From positions 1 through 33,066 of the IMG/VR virus record IMGVR_UViG_3300011336_000323: DNA of 33,066 bases. One strand, written 5' to 3'. How positions within the stretch are numbered: position 1 is the first letter of the stretch; every line of letters starts with the position of its first letter. This document shows, one piece after another, positions 1-8,109 of the stretch. Position numbers and translations under genes: made by a program. The DNA is from a virus. Taxonomy: Duplodnaviria > Caudoviricetes. A model generated the notes under the pieces. The model was not told the origin of the DNA and did not search any database. It worked only from the letters and a program-made list of their open reading frames with translations.

Positions 1-321
1 GCCAACCCGCCAGCCGTTCCCAGCATCCCGTAAAGCCCGGCATTCTGCGCGTTGGCGTTTGCCGACTGGATGCCGTATTGATCCATAGCCGACTGTCCAG
101 CTGCTTGGGCTCCGGCAAATACTGGCGCCGGCGCAATATTAGTCGGCTGGTAGCCCTGGAATTGTGGCATCTGAATCTGCGAACCGGACATCAACCCGGT
201 GATTTCGTTAAGCGGCTGCTGGCGCAGGAATGACTGGCGCTGCAACTCGGCCTGCTGGGCTGCGTTCTGCGCGCCCATCTGCGCACTTGCTTCATTAAAT
301 CCTTGCGCTCTGGCGCCGGTA
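1..321. repeat. Terminal overlap, copy 1 (matches 32746-33066 with 11 substitutions)
   Basis: Direct base-by-base comparison; all 11 differences are synonymous in the - strand ORF that crosses the join. Confidence 0.95.
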
Positions 322-884
322 TCTAAACCGATACCTTGCAATGCAGCATTTGTTAATAGATCATTTTTAGATCTATTAACGTCTAGCATCGCGTTGGAAT
401 AAGCCTCGCCACCCGGCACCAGCCCTTGATTAGCGAGCCTGGTCCTCGTCTGCGCGTCCATGCGCTCGATCTGCGGCTGCAGACGCGCCATAATTGCTTC
501 CTGCCCGGTCGTTCCAGCATTAACCGGCATCCTGGCCAGATTGGACGTATCAATACTGGTCTGCAATGCCGGGCTCGTCGGAGCAAACGGAGTCGCCAGC
601 GCAGTCCTGGCTGTTCCGATGCCCTGCTCGCCCAAGTTGGCCAGCGACTTCTGCACCCGCTGTTGAGCCTGCAAAGCGGCCAGCGCGTCAGGCGTCAGCG
701 TTTGCGTAATCGTCGGCTGGTCGCCTGCGCCAAAAGTAACCGTCTGGCCGCCAAGTGGACCAGAGATGTTCGGATTATTGAGGCGCCCTTGCAGGCGAGC
801 CGTGGCCTCGTTGGCTGCGCCCTGCGCTGTTGCAGCGCCGGCGTAGTCTGGCGGTGGTGGCGCGGAAGGTGCGGATTTACCCAT
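1..884 (-). CDS. Putative ejected/pilot (internal virion) protein, ~301 aa when joined across the circular junction (stop at 32724)
   Basis: ATG at 884 (MGKSAPSAPPPPDYAGAATAQGAANEATARLQ...) is open to the window edge and in frame with the 32724..33023 ORF; Q/A/G-rich; follows the GNAT gene as in podovirus ejection modules; absent from the ORF track because it runs off the end. Confidence 0.75.
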   Translation of the reverse strand, partial: MGKSAPSAPPPPDYAGAATAQGAANEATARLQGRLNNPNISGPLGGQTVTFGAGDQPTITQTLTPDALAALQAQQRVQKSLANLGEQGIGTARTALATPFAPTSPALQTSIDTSNLARMPVNAGTTGQEAIMARLQPQIERMDAQTRTRLANQGLVPGGEAYSNAMLDVNRSKNDLLTNAALQGIGLDTGARAQGFNEASAQMGAQNAAQQAELQRQSFLRQQPLNEITGLMSGSQIQMPQFQGYQPTNIAPAPVFAGAQAAGQSAMDQYGIQSANANAQNAGLYGMLGTAGGL

Positions 885-1308
885 GATTAATCCTTTTGCT
901 GTAGCGTTTATCTAAAAACCGGCAGTCGTCGCGGCGCAGCGTGTAAAACACAATGTCGCCATCCGGGCGCCCTTCTTTAATCCGGCCTTCTTCCGTAAAT
1001 CCCATGTTCGTCACCACTTTTGCGCTTTGTTCGTTGTCGCTGCCGACCGGAACTATGATCTTTTCTACTTGGCAAATGTTAAACGGGTAATCAAATATCG
1101 CCGCCAGATAGGCCGGAGTCAGCTGCCCTTCAATAGCAAAATGGCACCAGATTGTCTTATGGTTCCAGTTCTCATACATGACCCCTGCAATAATCTCATC
1201 ATCTCGCTTTAACCCTATTGCCGTTGCCCTGCCCTCAAAAAAGCCACCGTCTACACGCTTTGCCACCCAGTGCCCAACATCGGCACCGGATACTATATCC
1301 CAGCCCAT
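877..1308 (-). CDS. GNAT-family acetyltransferase-like virion-module protein
   Basis: 'V..DNEQSAKVVTNMGFTEEGRIKE' GNAT motif; position after the nozzle gene; start placed at MGWDIVSG. Confidence 0.7.
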   Translation of the reverse strand: MGWDIVSGADVGHWVAKRVDGGFFEGRATAIGLKRDDEIIAGVMYENWNHKTIWCHFAIEGQLTPAYLAAIFDYPFNICQVEKIIVPVGSDNEQSAKVVTNMGFTEEGRIKEGRPDGDIVFYTLRRDDCRFLDKRYSKRINHG

Positions 1309-2849
1309 CCGGTCTGAAACACAATGTCCGTGGCTGCCCACTCAATTTGCAATCCCGAACTGCTGCTTTTTAGCTGAATCCCGCCGCAATAGCCGATGCC
1401 GGTAATGCCCTGCCAATTGTTCGTAATCTGGAGCCCGGCGCCCCATAGACCTGTATCCCATACAGACGTATCCCACAATCCCACAGCTGTCGGAGAAAAT
1501 GACAAGCTGGCGGTAGTGTCAGCGGTATCAAAATCGACGTTCATACCGACAAAAACAGCAGGCACTCCGTCCGTAAATATGCTTGGTCTGGCACGTGTAA
1601 AGTATTTCTTAACACCTCGGCTCTCAAAGTAATTAAACGCCTGCAAAACGGTCGTTTGAATGTTTGATGTGCCGTCAACATAGCCGTTGTCCCAACCCTT
1701 AAACACGCCGCCGTTGCCACCGAAATACGGATCGTCGTTAAAGGTTTCCCAACAGTTCGCATTCCAGCCGGTAAAGTTGCACCATGCCTTTGTGATGTTG
1801 TTCATCACAAATTGCTGCTGCTGCCCTTCTGCAACCGGAACATTAATCCACAGCGCGTTGTTTTTCGAGGAATACAGCAATTCCCACCCAAAATTAGAAC
1901 CATAATTTACAGTTGCTGCTGTAACGGCGCCTTGAATCTTATTACTTAAAGCAACCCGCGGATCCAGCCGAGAGCTCTGCAACGCAGATGCCAGCGGCAG
2001 CAGTCCGTCCAAAGTAATTATCAACAGGTCGCCGGAGTATTTCATCATGCACCGCTTGCCGACCGGGGAGCCCAGCTTCCAGACACCGGCCAGCGCCCAC
2101 GTAGCATCGCTCGAAGGATCTGTGCCGCGCCAGACTATGACCTCGCCGTTGCTCGTCACAAATACCAAGTTATCGTCGGCGCCGTAACCCGCATCCAGCG
2201 TCCAGGTATCCAGATCAACCAGAGTACCGCCGTATTTGGCTATCTGGCTCATGTCAAGAACCTGCGCCGCGCCGCCTACAGCACCAGTCGGCAGATACCA
2301 TGCCTTGAGCGTGTCTTTCTGGATAAACCAGACGCGGTTTTTAAACAGCGAGATATTGCTTAACGTCGTGGTGGTCACGCCGGTGATAGCAATTGTCGAA
2401 ATGCCGGTAATGCTTTCCCACGTTGAATTGTTGTAGAGCAGCGGCGCATCGACCCCGTTCACGCAGTAGAGATAGCTGCCAGCCGCGGTGGTGACGTTGA
2501 TGTGCTCCCACTTGGCATTGGTCAGCCCGGTCTTAACAGCTGCCCCAACAGCGCCCTGCGTCGTGGCATCGTAAATCGATGTTCCCGCCCATGCAAACAG
2601 CTTGTTAGCAGTGCCGGTTGAATAATTGACCAGCGTCTGCACCTGCCCGCTGATGCCGGTCACCCAGTTCTCATACCCGCCGCGCAAGACCAAATTGCTC
2701 ACGCCGGGAAAATAGTTTGTCAGCTGGTAGGCGTCGATGGGCTCCATATTTGCGATAGAGTCTCGCGCATTCCAGCCGCCAACCGGCGCCGGGATAGATG
2801 CCACCCGCGCAGCGGTCTGCTGAACCAGCGCTCTGCTAGTTCGGGCCAT
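1293..2849 (-). CDS. Tail nozzle / packaged-DNA stabilisation protein (P22 gp10 / tail tubular B-like)
   Basis: 518 aa, beta-rich, N-terminal 'PAPVGGWNARDS', 'FKNRVWF' motif, synteny after the adaptor. Confidence 0.7.
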   Translation of the reverse strand: MARTSRALVQQTAARVASIPAPVGGWNARDSIANMEPIDAYQLTNYFPGVSNLVLRGGYENWVTGISGQVQTLVNYSTGTANKLFAWAGTSIYDATTQGAVGAAVKTGLTNAKWEHINVTTAAGSYLYCVNGVDAPLLYNNSTWESITGISTIAITGVTTTTLSNISLFKNRVWFIQKDTLKAWYLPTGAVGGAAQVLDMSQIAKYGGTLVDLDTWTLDAGYGADDNLVFVTSNGEVIVWRGTDPSSDATWALAGVWKLGSPVGKRCMMKYSGDLLIITLDGLLPLASALQSSRLDPRVALSNKIQGAVTAATVNYGSNFGWELLYSSKNNALWINVPVAEGQQQQFVMNNITKAWCNFTGWNANCWETFNDDPYFGGNGGVFKGWDNGYVDGTSNIQTTVLQAFNYFESRGVKKYFTRARPSIFTDGVPAVFVGMNVDFDTADTTASLSFSPTAVGLWDTSVWDTGLWGAGLQITNNWQGITGIGYCGGIQLKSSSSGLQIEWAATDIVFQTGWAGI

Positions 2850-3747
2850 ACCCGCTGTCTGGTATGTTGTCGTAGCCTATCAGCACAGTTCCAGGCCGCG
2901 GCGCAAAGCTCAAATTGGCAGATGACATGTCTAGCGCCATCGCAGCCTCTAGCTCATATAAGTAGTTGCGATACATCGCCGTGGTGTCAAAGCCCTTTGC
3001 TTCAAAGTATTTTAACTTTGTCGACAGCACTATCAGCCGGTCAGGGTAAATTGTCGTGTCAGTGTCCACCGTAAAACTGGTCTTTACAGCCCCGGCAGCA
3101 GAATTAGCCCAGCCGTTAGACCGGTATTCGTAACCAAGATACTCAGCCGCGGACGTGCCCGGCCAGATTTGGAAGTAAGAGCCCAGCAGGCGCCAACGGA
3201 TCCGCGGGCCGGTCGAGATGTAGCCCGACAGAAGCCATTCCCATTGTTGCGCGTCCTCTGGCCCCAGCATCTCCCAGTGTTTGCTTTTGTCCCACATGCT
3301 GCGCGGCACCAAAGCCTCGTAATCGCTCGGCAAGTCGTATTTCATTTTCTGAAAGTAGGCAGTAGCAGAAGCCCCGCCAGCGGCTGCAAAGTCTTGGTCA
3401 AGCGTAACCTGCGTTCCGCTGTCTACAGACGCTATAAACGTGTTCTGGTTGATTCCAGACCCCTGCACCTGCCAAGTCGTGTCCAGCCCAACAGTCGACG
3501 GAATGCCGGTAATCGTCCTGGCTGCCGTGGTCCAGTTGCCGGTGGTGGTCAGATACTCGGTATAGAAAGCCTTTTGCTTCGTCATTGCGCGCCAGTTGTG
3601 CCGGCGCAGCAGCTCGTAGCCCGTTGCGTTCATCAGCGCAAGTATCTGGATTACGTCCTGATTTGTATTGCCAGCAACCGAAACGGGCGTAGACACGCCT
3701 AGTTCGTTTGTTACCTGCTGCACCAGCTGAAGCATCGTGCTCGACAT
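2836..3747 (-). CDS. Head-tail adaptor (tail tubular A-like)
   Basis: N-terminal 'TMLQLVQQVTNELG', 'YDLPSDY' motif, synteny. Confidence 0.6.
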   Translation of the reverse strand: MSSTMLQLVQQVTNELGVSTPVSVAGNTNQDVIQILALMNATGYELLRRHNWRAMTKQKAFYTEYLTTTGNWTTAARTITGIPSTVGLDTTWQVQGSGINQNTFIASVDSGTQVTLDQDFAAAGGASATAYFQKMKYDLPSDYEALVPRSMWDKSKHWEMLGPEDAQQWEWLLSGYISTGPRIRWRLLGSYFQIWPGTSAAEYLGYEYRSNGWANSAAGAVKTSFTVDTDTTIYPDRLIVLSTKLKYFEAKGFDTTAMYRNYLYELEAAMALDMSSANLSFAPRPGTVLIGYDNIPDSGYGPN

Positions 3748-3749
3748 GT

Positions 3750-4283
3750 TTACGCCTCTTTACGCGGCCTTCCGGGCTTTCTGGTTTCCATCAGCATCGC
3801 CATCTGTTCTTTAAGCTCGTTCAGCTCGCGGCGCGTGGTTTCCAGCTCGGTGGTATTTGCGGATTGGTTTTTCCTGTTCAGATAGGCGCGTGCTCTGTCT
3901 CTCAATCCAGCGCCGCCCATGCCGATGCGTTGCAGCTGGCTGTCAGACGCCGTTGCTACTTGCTCAACGGTTTGGAATTTGAGGATCTGTAGCTCGGCCA
4001 TTTGGTGCTGGTTGAAGCCCTCGTTATCGTCCGTGTTCCATTGCTCTAACATCGTGCCAATAACCGGACCGTCGCCGCTTTGCATTTGAAAATACAGCCA
4101 CTGGCGCGGGAATCGCTCCTTGTGATCTTCCCTGACCGGCTGGTCAACAATGTTGGTTTTGTCACCCGGCACAACAATACGCACGAACGGCGTCGGACGA
4201 TCCTTATACGGTTTCTGATCGTTGACGTAAAATTCAACATGCAAATGCGAATCCGCGTTATGAACATCACTGTCTAAAGCCAT
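3750..4283 (-). CDS. Hypothetical head-region protein with HhH-like segment and C-terminal coiled coil
   Basis: 177 aa ORF with RBS AGGAG; 'FQTVEQVATASDSQLQRIGMG'. Confidence 0.6.
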   Translation of the reverse strand: MALDSDVHNADSHLHVEFYVNDQKPYKDRPTPFVRIVVPGDKTNIVDQPVREDHKERFPRQWLYFQMQSGDGPVIGTMLEQWNTDDNEGFNQHQMAELQILKFQTVEQVATASDSQLQRIGMGGAGLRDRARAYLNRKNQSANTTELETTRRELNELKEQMAMLMETRKPGRPRKEA

Positions 4284-4302
4284 TTTCTTCTCCTGTGGGG
4301 AT

Positions 4303-4668
4303 TTAAGTTCTAGCGCCTGTCAGGCTGCACCACTTGGTCGCAGATACTGCAAAAAATACACTGCTAAAATTGCTAACAATCGAAGCCGACGTTGTTTGAT
4401 TGATTGTCGATCCTGTGTCATACGGATAAACCTTAATCGTGTTGGCGCCGGAATTAGCAATAAATATTGTTGCCCCCATTTGTGTAGGAGGCAACAGCAC
4501 GCCAGTGCCGGAAGCCGCGGTATCGACCGAGTTGTAAACACGCGTCAGTTGCAACGCATCAGCCCTCGTCGATCCTGCCGCGGTTAACCCATCGACACCA
4601 TCACCGCAAACGGCAACGGTCATCAGGGACGTAGCCCCGGCGCCCATTACCCTCGATGGAATGGTCAT
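4303..4668 (-). CDS. Small virion structural/decoration protein, paralogue of 4668-5027
   Basis: Shares M.IPSRV, CGDG, GS..ADALQL, SGTGV.LPPT, N.G.N.I.VYP motifs with its neighbour. Confidence 0.65.
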   Translation of the reverse strand: MTIPSRVMGAGATSLMTVAVCGDGVDGLTAAGSTRADALQLTRVYNSVDTAASGTGVLLPPTQMGATIFIANSGANTIKVYPYDTGSTINQTTSASIVSNFSSVFFAVSATKWCSLTGART

Positions 4669-5027
4669 TACGCGGTCGTAACCGATGCCCAGGTCGTTGC
4701 GCTCGTGGCAAACAGAATGACTGTTTTTGCCGTTGCAACCGACAAAGTTGACGCCGCCGCATTGATCGTTGACCCGGATTTTGGATAAACGGTAACGGTT
4801 TGGCCGGAATCGTTGCGGATGCCAATCATGGCGCCCACTTCGGTCGGCGGCAGAATAACGCCAGTCGACGCCGAGCTGGTGGTGATCGTGTTCCAGACCG
4901 CTGACAGTTGCAGCGCGTCAGCAATAGTAGAGCCTACGGCCACCAGGCCAGTTGCGCCATCGCCGCAGATGCTGGTAGTCGCAAGGCCGGAATTGCCGGA
5001 TGCCTGAACGCGTGAAGGGATAGCCAT
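4668..5027 (-). CDS. Small virion structural/decoration protein, paralogue of 4303-4668
   Basis: T/A/S/G-rich 119 aa; tandem paralogy; TAATG coupling. Confidence 0.65.
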   Translation of the reverse strand: MAIPSRVQASGNSGLATTSICGDGATGLVAVGSTIADALQLSAVWNTITTSSASTGVILPPTEVGAMIGIRNDSGQTVTVYPKSGSTINAAASTLSVATAKTVILFATSATTWASVTTA

Positions 5028-5028
5028 T

Positions 5029-5823
5029 TTAAATCCTTTGAGTTAGTGGATAAGACATGGCTTTCGCCATTGCGTGCAATAAACCGGGACCGCAGACCTC
5101 AATTACAACATCTTCCTGCGCAAACTCGCGGGCAAGGTTTTGGAAATCTCTTACCTGCTGGCACATCCACGGCGCAGCCTTGTATTTCGTTTCGTGGATA
5201 GTCGCAGTTATTACGTTCTCGCCGTCGTTTGATTCTTGCTTGTAAACGTGGTGCTCGCCCTCGGAATAGCTGGAGTCCATGCCAAACAGATAGATCTGCC
5301 GATAGCCTTTTAGCTTCGCCAAAATCATCGCCAACATGCCGACCGTTGTAAAGCCGCCCATAAGGTGCACAGGACGCGCTCTCTCGCTCTCCAGATACTC
5401 GTAGACCCCTTCTGTCTGCACGTGCACCAGATCGACGTTAAAGCCGTCTAGGGCGTCGAATATGCAGGGATCGCATTGGCTGGCAATATAGAACTGAGTT
5501 TCTAGCTTGGGATTCTGCAGAAACCGCACATTCTCCGGCCTGGCGTCCAGCATGACATGCGCGTCCGGCACGATGCCGCGGGCAAGCAGCCAGTCATATG
5601 ATCCGTTTACAGACCAGATTTTAGCGCCATTCTGGTGTCGAATCATTAGCTGGTGCACCGACTCATTTAGACTCGGCGCACCGCCAACGATGCAAATGCT
5701 TTCGCCGTTCGGCTCCGTATCGAAGTCGAACCAGGTCAACTGCCTTTCACAAGACAGTTTCACATTCCCCAGCATTACGCCGGGGTCTGTGTTTCCAACT
5801 ACATCTAGTATAGCTTCGACCAT
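5029..5823 (-). CDS. DUF115/Maf (MptE-like) putative glycosyltransferase
   Basis: 'ICIVGGAPSL', 'SVNGSY..L...GIVPD.HVMLD', 'GG.TTVG..A..LA...GYRQIYLFGMDSS' motifs. Confidence 0.7.
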   Translation of the reverse strand: MVEAILDVVGNTDPGVMLGNVKLSCERQLTWFDFDTEPNGESICIVGGAPSLNESVHQLMIRHQNGAKIWSVNGSYDWLLARGIVPDAHVMLDARPENVRFLQNPKLETQFYIASQCDPCIFDALDGFNVDLVHVQTEGVYEYLESERARPVHLMGGFTTVGMLAMILAKLKGYRQIYLFGMDSSYSEGEHHVYKQESNDGENVITATIHETKYKAAPWMCQQVRDFQNLAREFAQEDVVIEVCGPGLLHAMAKAMSYPLTQRI

Positions 5824-5825
5824 TA

Positions 5826-6377
5826 TTACGTGATCTGACCTTGAAGATGCGGACGGTTGATCGTTACCGTAACCGTCGAAACGGTCGAGGCAATCGTTGC
5901 CAGGTTAGCCGAACGGGCGCCAAGAAGCTGCAGACCCGCAGAAGCCAAAACCTTAACGCGGCCGGCAGTAGCAGACAGGAACAGCGGCACTTGCGGAGTT
6001 ACCGCAACTGCCGTTTTCTTGACCACCGCATTGCCAGCGATTTGATACCAGCCAAAGGTACCGGCCAAGTTGGCTGACATCGCAACCGCCACCGGGCAGG
6101 CTTGATTGCCCGTATTCGGCACCAAAACCGTCTGATAAGTCGTCGCGTTGTAGCTCACCAACGAGCCGACCACGGTCGAAGCAACGCCAACCAGCAGGAT
6201 GAACTCACCCTCGCCATAGGTCGGATCGTCAGCGCGCACGATTTTACCTAAGACGTTAGGCGGCGTCGGAATGACAGCCGCGCTGCCAGACGAAACGCCG
6301 CTAGGCGAGGTTACGCCGGTGTCAATTGCTGCAACTTGCAACAGACCGCTTTGATTTTCTGCAAAAGTATAGGCCAT
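5826..6377 (-). CDS. Capsid decoration / minor capsid protein
   Basis: Immediately follows the MCP; 'G.GEFI', 'VAVAMSA...FGWYQI.G' motifs. Confidence 0.6.
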   Translation of the reverse strand: MAYTFAENQSGLLQVAAIDTGVTSPSGVSSGSAAVIPTPPNVLGKIVRADDPTYGEGEFILLVGVASTVVGSLVSYNATTYQTVLVPNTGNQACPVAVAMSANLAGTFGWYQIAGNAVVKKTAVAVTPQVPLFLSATAGRVKVLASAGLQLLGARSANLATIASTVSTVTVTINRPHLQGQIT

Positions 6378-6389
6378 TTTATATTCTCC

Positions 6390-7310
6390 TTATGCAATCA
6401 GCACGCCGCAAAATTGCGGGCCGCTGGAGCAAAGATTGCCCGCCCAGCCGATCAATTTAACGATGGCGTCCTGGTTGACGGCTTGCCGTTCGCCGCCGAT
6501 CGGTACGAAATTGCGGTCAACGTGCGGCCGGAAAAAAATGTATTTCGTATTGAGGAACCACATGTGATTCGCCGTTGCAGCCGAACCGATACCGCCATCG
6601 AGCACAACGTCCGATGCCATGCCCGCGCCGTAGTATTTCAGCGAGGCAAAACCAGCACCAGCCATCGAGCTACCAGAATCCGAAATGCGCTGAATAGATT
6701 GCAGCGATTGCAGATACAGACGATAGTAGTTATTGTCAGCAACGATCAGATCCGGTTTGTCGGTTCCGCGAATCAGCTGAACAGCGACCGAATCCATGTA
6801 TTGCTGGATGTTGGAGGCCGTCACGGCCGCGCCGCCGTTCGTCACGCCGGAGTAAGCAACCGATTGCCAGAACGAATAACTGGCGCGGTTGATACCGCCG
6901 TAAGTGCCGGAGGTAGGCGCATCAGGAACAGCCGCCGCAAGACCGGTAATGTTCTTGCCGCTGTTGCCCGTTCCATCCAGATAGATGTCGCCGGAAATGC
7001 GGTTAGCCAGTTGCGCTTCGGCAACGTTCATACGACCGTCAAGCAGGTCGATAATCGCTTCCTTGCCGCTGTTCTGAATCATCTCCAGACCGCTGATCGA
7101 TACCGCAGCAGCGTACTGAGTTATACCAAACTGCGCCGCACTGATCGGGCTGTTTTGGCTGACGTTCAGCACTTCATAGCCACTGTAGCTATTAGTATTG
7201 TTCGTCGTGCTGTCGTTATACATTACCTCTTGCAAGATGACGTTACCGCCAGAGAACGTTTTCACGTTTCCGCGTTCTTTCAACCTGCGCAGAAGCGCGT
7301 TGTTATTTGT
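6390..7310 (-). CDS. Major capsid protein, exon 2 (TNNNALLRRLKERG...GVLIA)
   Basis: Downstream of scaffold; HK97-type MCP character; joins exon 1 in frame as ...ELADNV|TNNNALL...; spliced product ~333 aa. Confidence 0.9.
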   Translation of the reverse strand, partial: TNNNALLRRLKERGNVKTFSGGNVILQEVMYNDSTTNNTNSYSGYEVLNVSQNSPISAAQFGITQYAAAVSISGLEMIQNSGKEAIIDLLDGRMNVAEAQLANRISGDIYLDGTGNSGKNITGLAAAVPDAPTSGTYGGINRASYSFWQSVAYSGVTNGGAAVTASNIQQYMDSVAVQLIRGTDKPDLIVADNNYYRLYLQSLQSIQRISDSGSSMAGAGFASLKYYGAGMASDVVLDGGIGSAATANHMWFLNTKYIFFRPHVDRNFVPIGGERQAVNQDAIVKLIGWAGNLCSSGPQFCGVLIA

Positions 7311-8004
7311 CCTAGTGTTATGTTTCGGCTCTTTATCCGAAACCTGCACATTCCTTTTATGTGCAGAGCAGACTATCTCATCGCAAGTTTTTCGCTCGCT
7401 TGGTGGCGCTAATCTTTGCGCCATGCATTTTCGGCTTTCCAAGCTGCGCCAATCTACGTTTTAAGTTGCTTTCCGCGCTGGGCCGGTAGCCATTCGCTAC
7501 CCTTGCCGCTGCTGCTTTTGCTGGGGCCCCTGGCGGTGGTCTAAATGAAATTTCATTTTCATTTAACAAAAGACCTTGCGCGCCATATTGCCGCATCCAA
7601 GCTATTTCGCGTTCGCGCTTCTCAATCACTGAAACCGTGTCCGGCATTGTTTCAAGCACTTTCATTTGAAACAGTCCGGCGTGATCGTTCCACGCTGCTT
7701 GCAACCTTCTAGAAGTATGCTTACCGGCTTTTAACAGGCTTCGGTGCTCTCGCATCCTTTTACCCGGTTTGCCTGCTGTGCAGCCAATATACGCTGCCCC
7801 AGTGCTCGCATCTTCCAATCCGTAGATCGTTACCATTTGGGATTCCCCTCTGTGGTTAATACTTGCGCTCCGCGCTCGTGGGGTTTTGCTTCCGCATCGC
7901 CCTAGTCGTTACACCTTCAGCGCCCTTTTAACTGCGCCGCTTGGCTCGGTGTTGGCATCTCAGCTTTTCACCGAATTCACGGAGTTTTTTAACGTCTAAT
8001 GTTA
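7311..8004 (-). ncRNA. Group I self-splicing intron (694 nt, IA-like with P7.1) in the major capsid gene
   Basis: 5' splice site after U with U.G wobble in P1 (AACGUU^UA-ACAU-UAGACGUU); P3 CUCCGUG/CGCGGAG; P4 UCGGUG/CACCGA; P7 GACUA/UAGUC in contexts GUAACGACUA and GAUGAGAUAGUC; P8 CGCAAGU/ACUUGCG enclosing an ORF; P9 CUGCACAU/AUGUGCAG and GUUUCGG/CCGAAAC; terminal G at 7311. Confidence 0.92.
7378..7836 (-). CDS. Intron-encoded GIY-YIG homing endonuclease
   Basis: 'TIYGL..(9)..AYIG', 'KRMREH', 'EREIAW', 'LLN' motifs; basic NUMOD3-like C-terminus; located in the P8 loop. Confidence 0.88.
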   Translation of the reverse strand: MVTIYGLEDASTGAAYIGCTAGKPGKRMREHRSLLKAGKHTSRRLQAAWNDHAGLFQMKVLETMPDTVSVIEKREREIAWMRQYGAQGLLLNENEISFRPPPGAPAKAAAARVANGYRPSAESNLKRRLAQLGKPKMHGAKISATKRAKNLR

Positions 8005-8085
8005 AACGTTGTCGGCCAGCTCACCGCTACGACTTTGAATGTTAGTCGCGATGATGTCGCTGATCGAAGAATTGGCAAAAGCCAT
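8005..8085 (-). CDS. Major capsid protein, exon 1 (MAFANSSISDIIATNIQSRSGELADNV)
   Basis: RBS GGAGA upstream of ATG 8085; 27 codons followed at once by the in-frame TAA that begins the intron. Confidence 0.9.
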
Positions 8086-8109
8086 TTTATTATCTCCAAA
8101 TCAAGTTAA

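Noticed and set aside
6336-7412. 358-aa + strand ORF
   Set aside because: Antisense shadow of capsid exon 2
7311-7442. ORF-track N-terminus of the 350-aa capsid ORF (MESRKCMAQ...HNTR)
   Set aside because: It is intron sequence (end of the endonuclease, P7-P9) that happens to be open; the real N-terminus is exon 1 at 8005-8085
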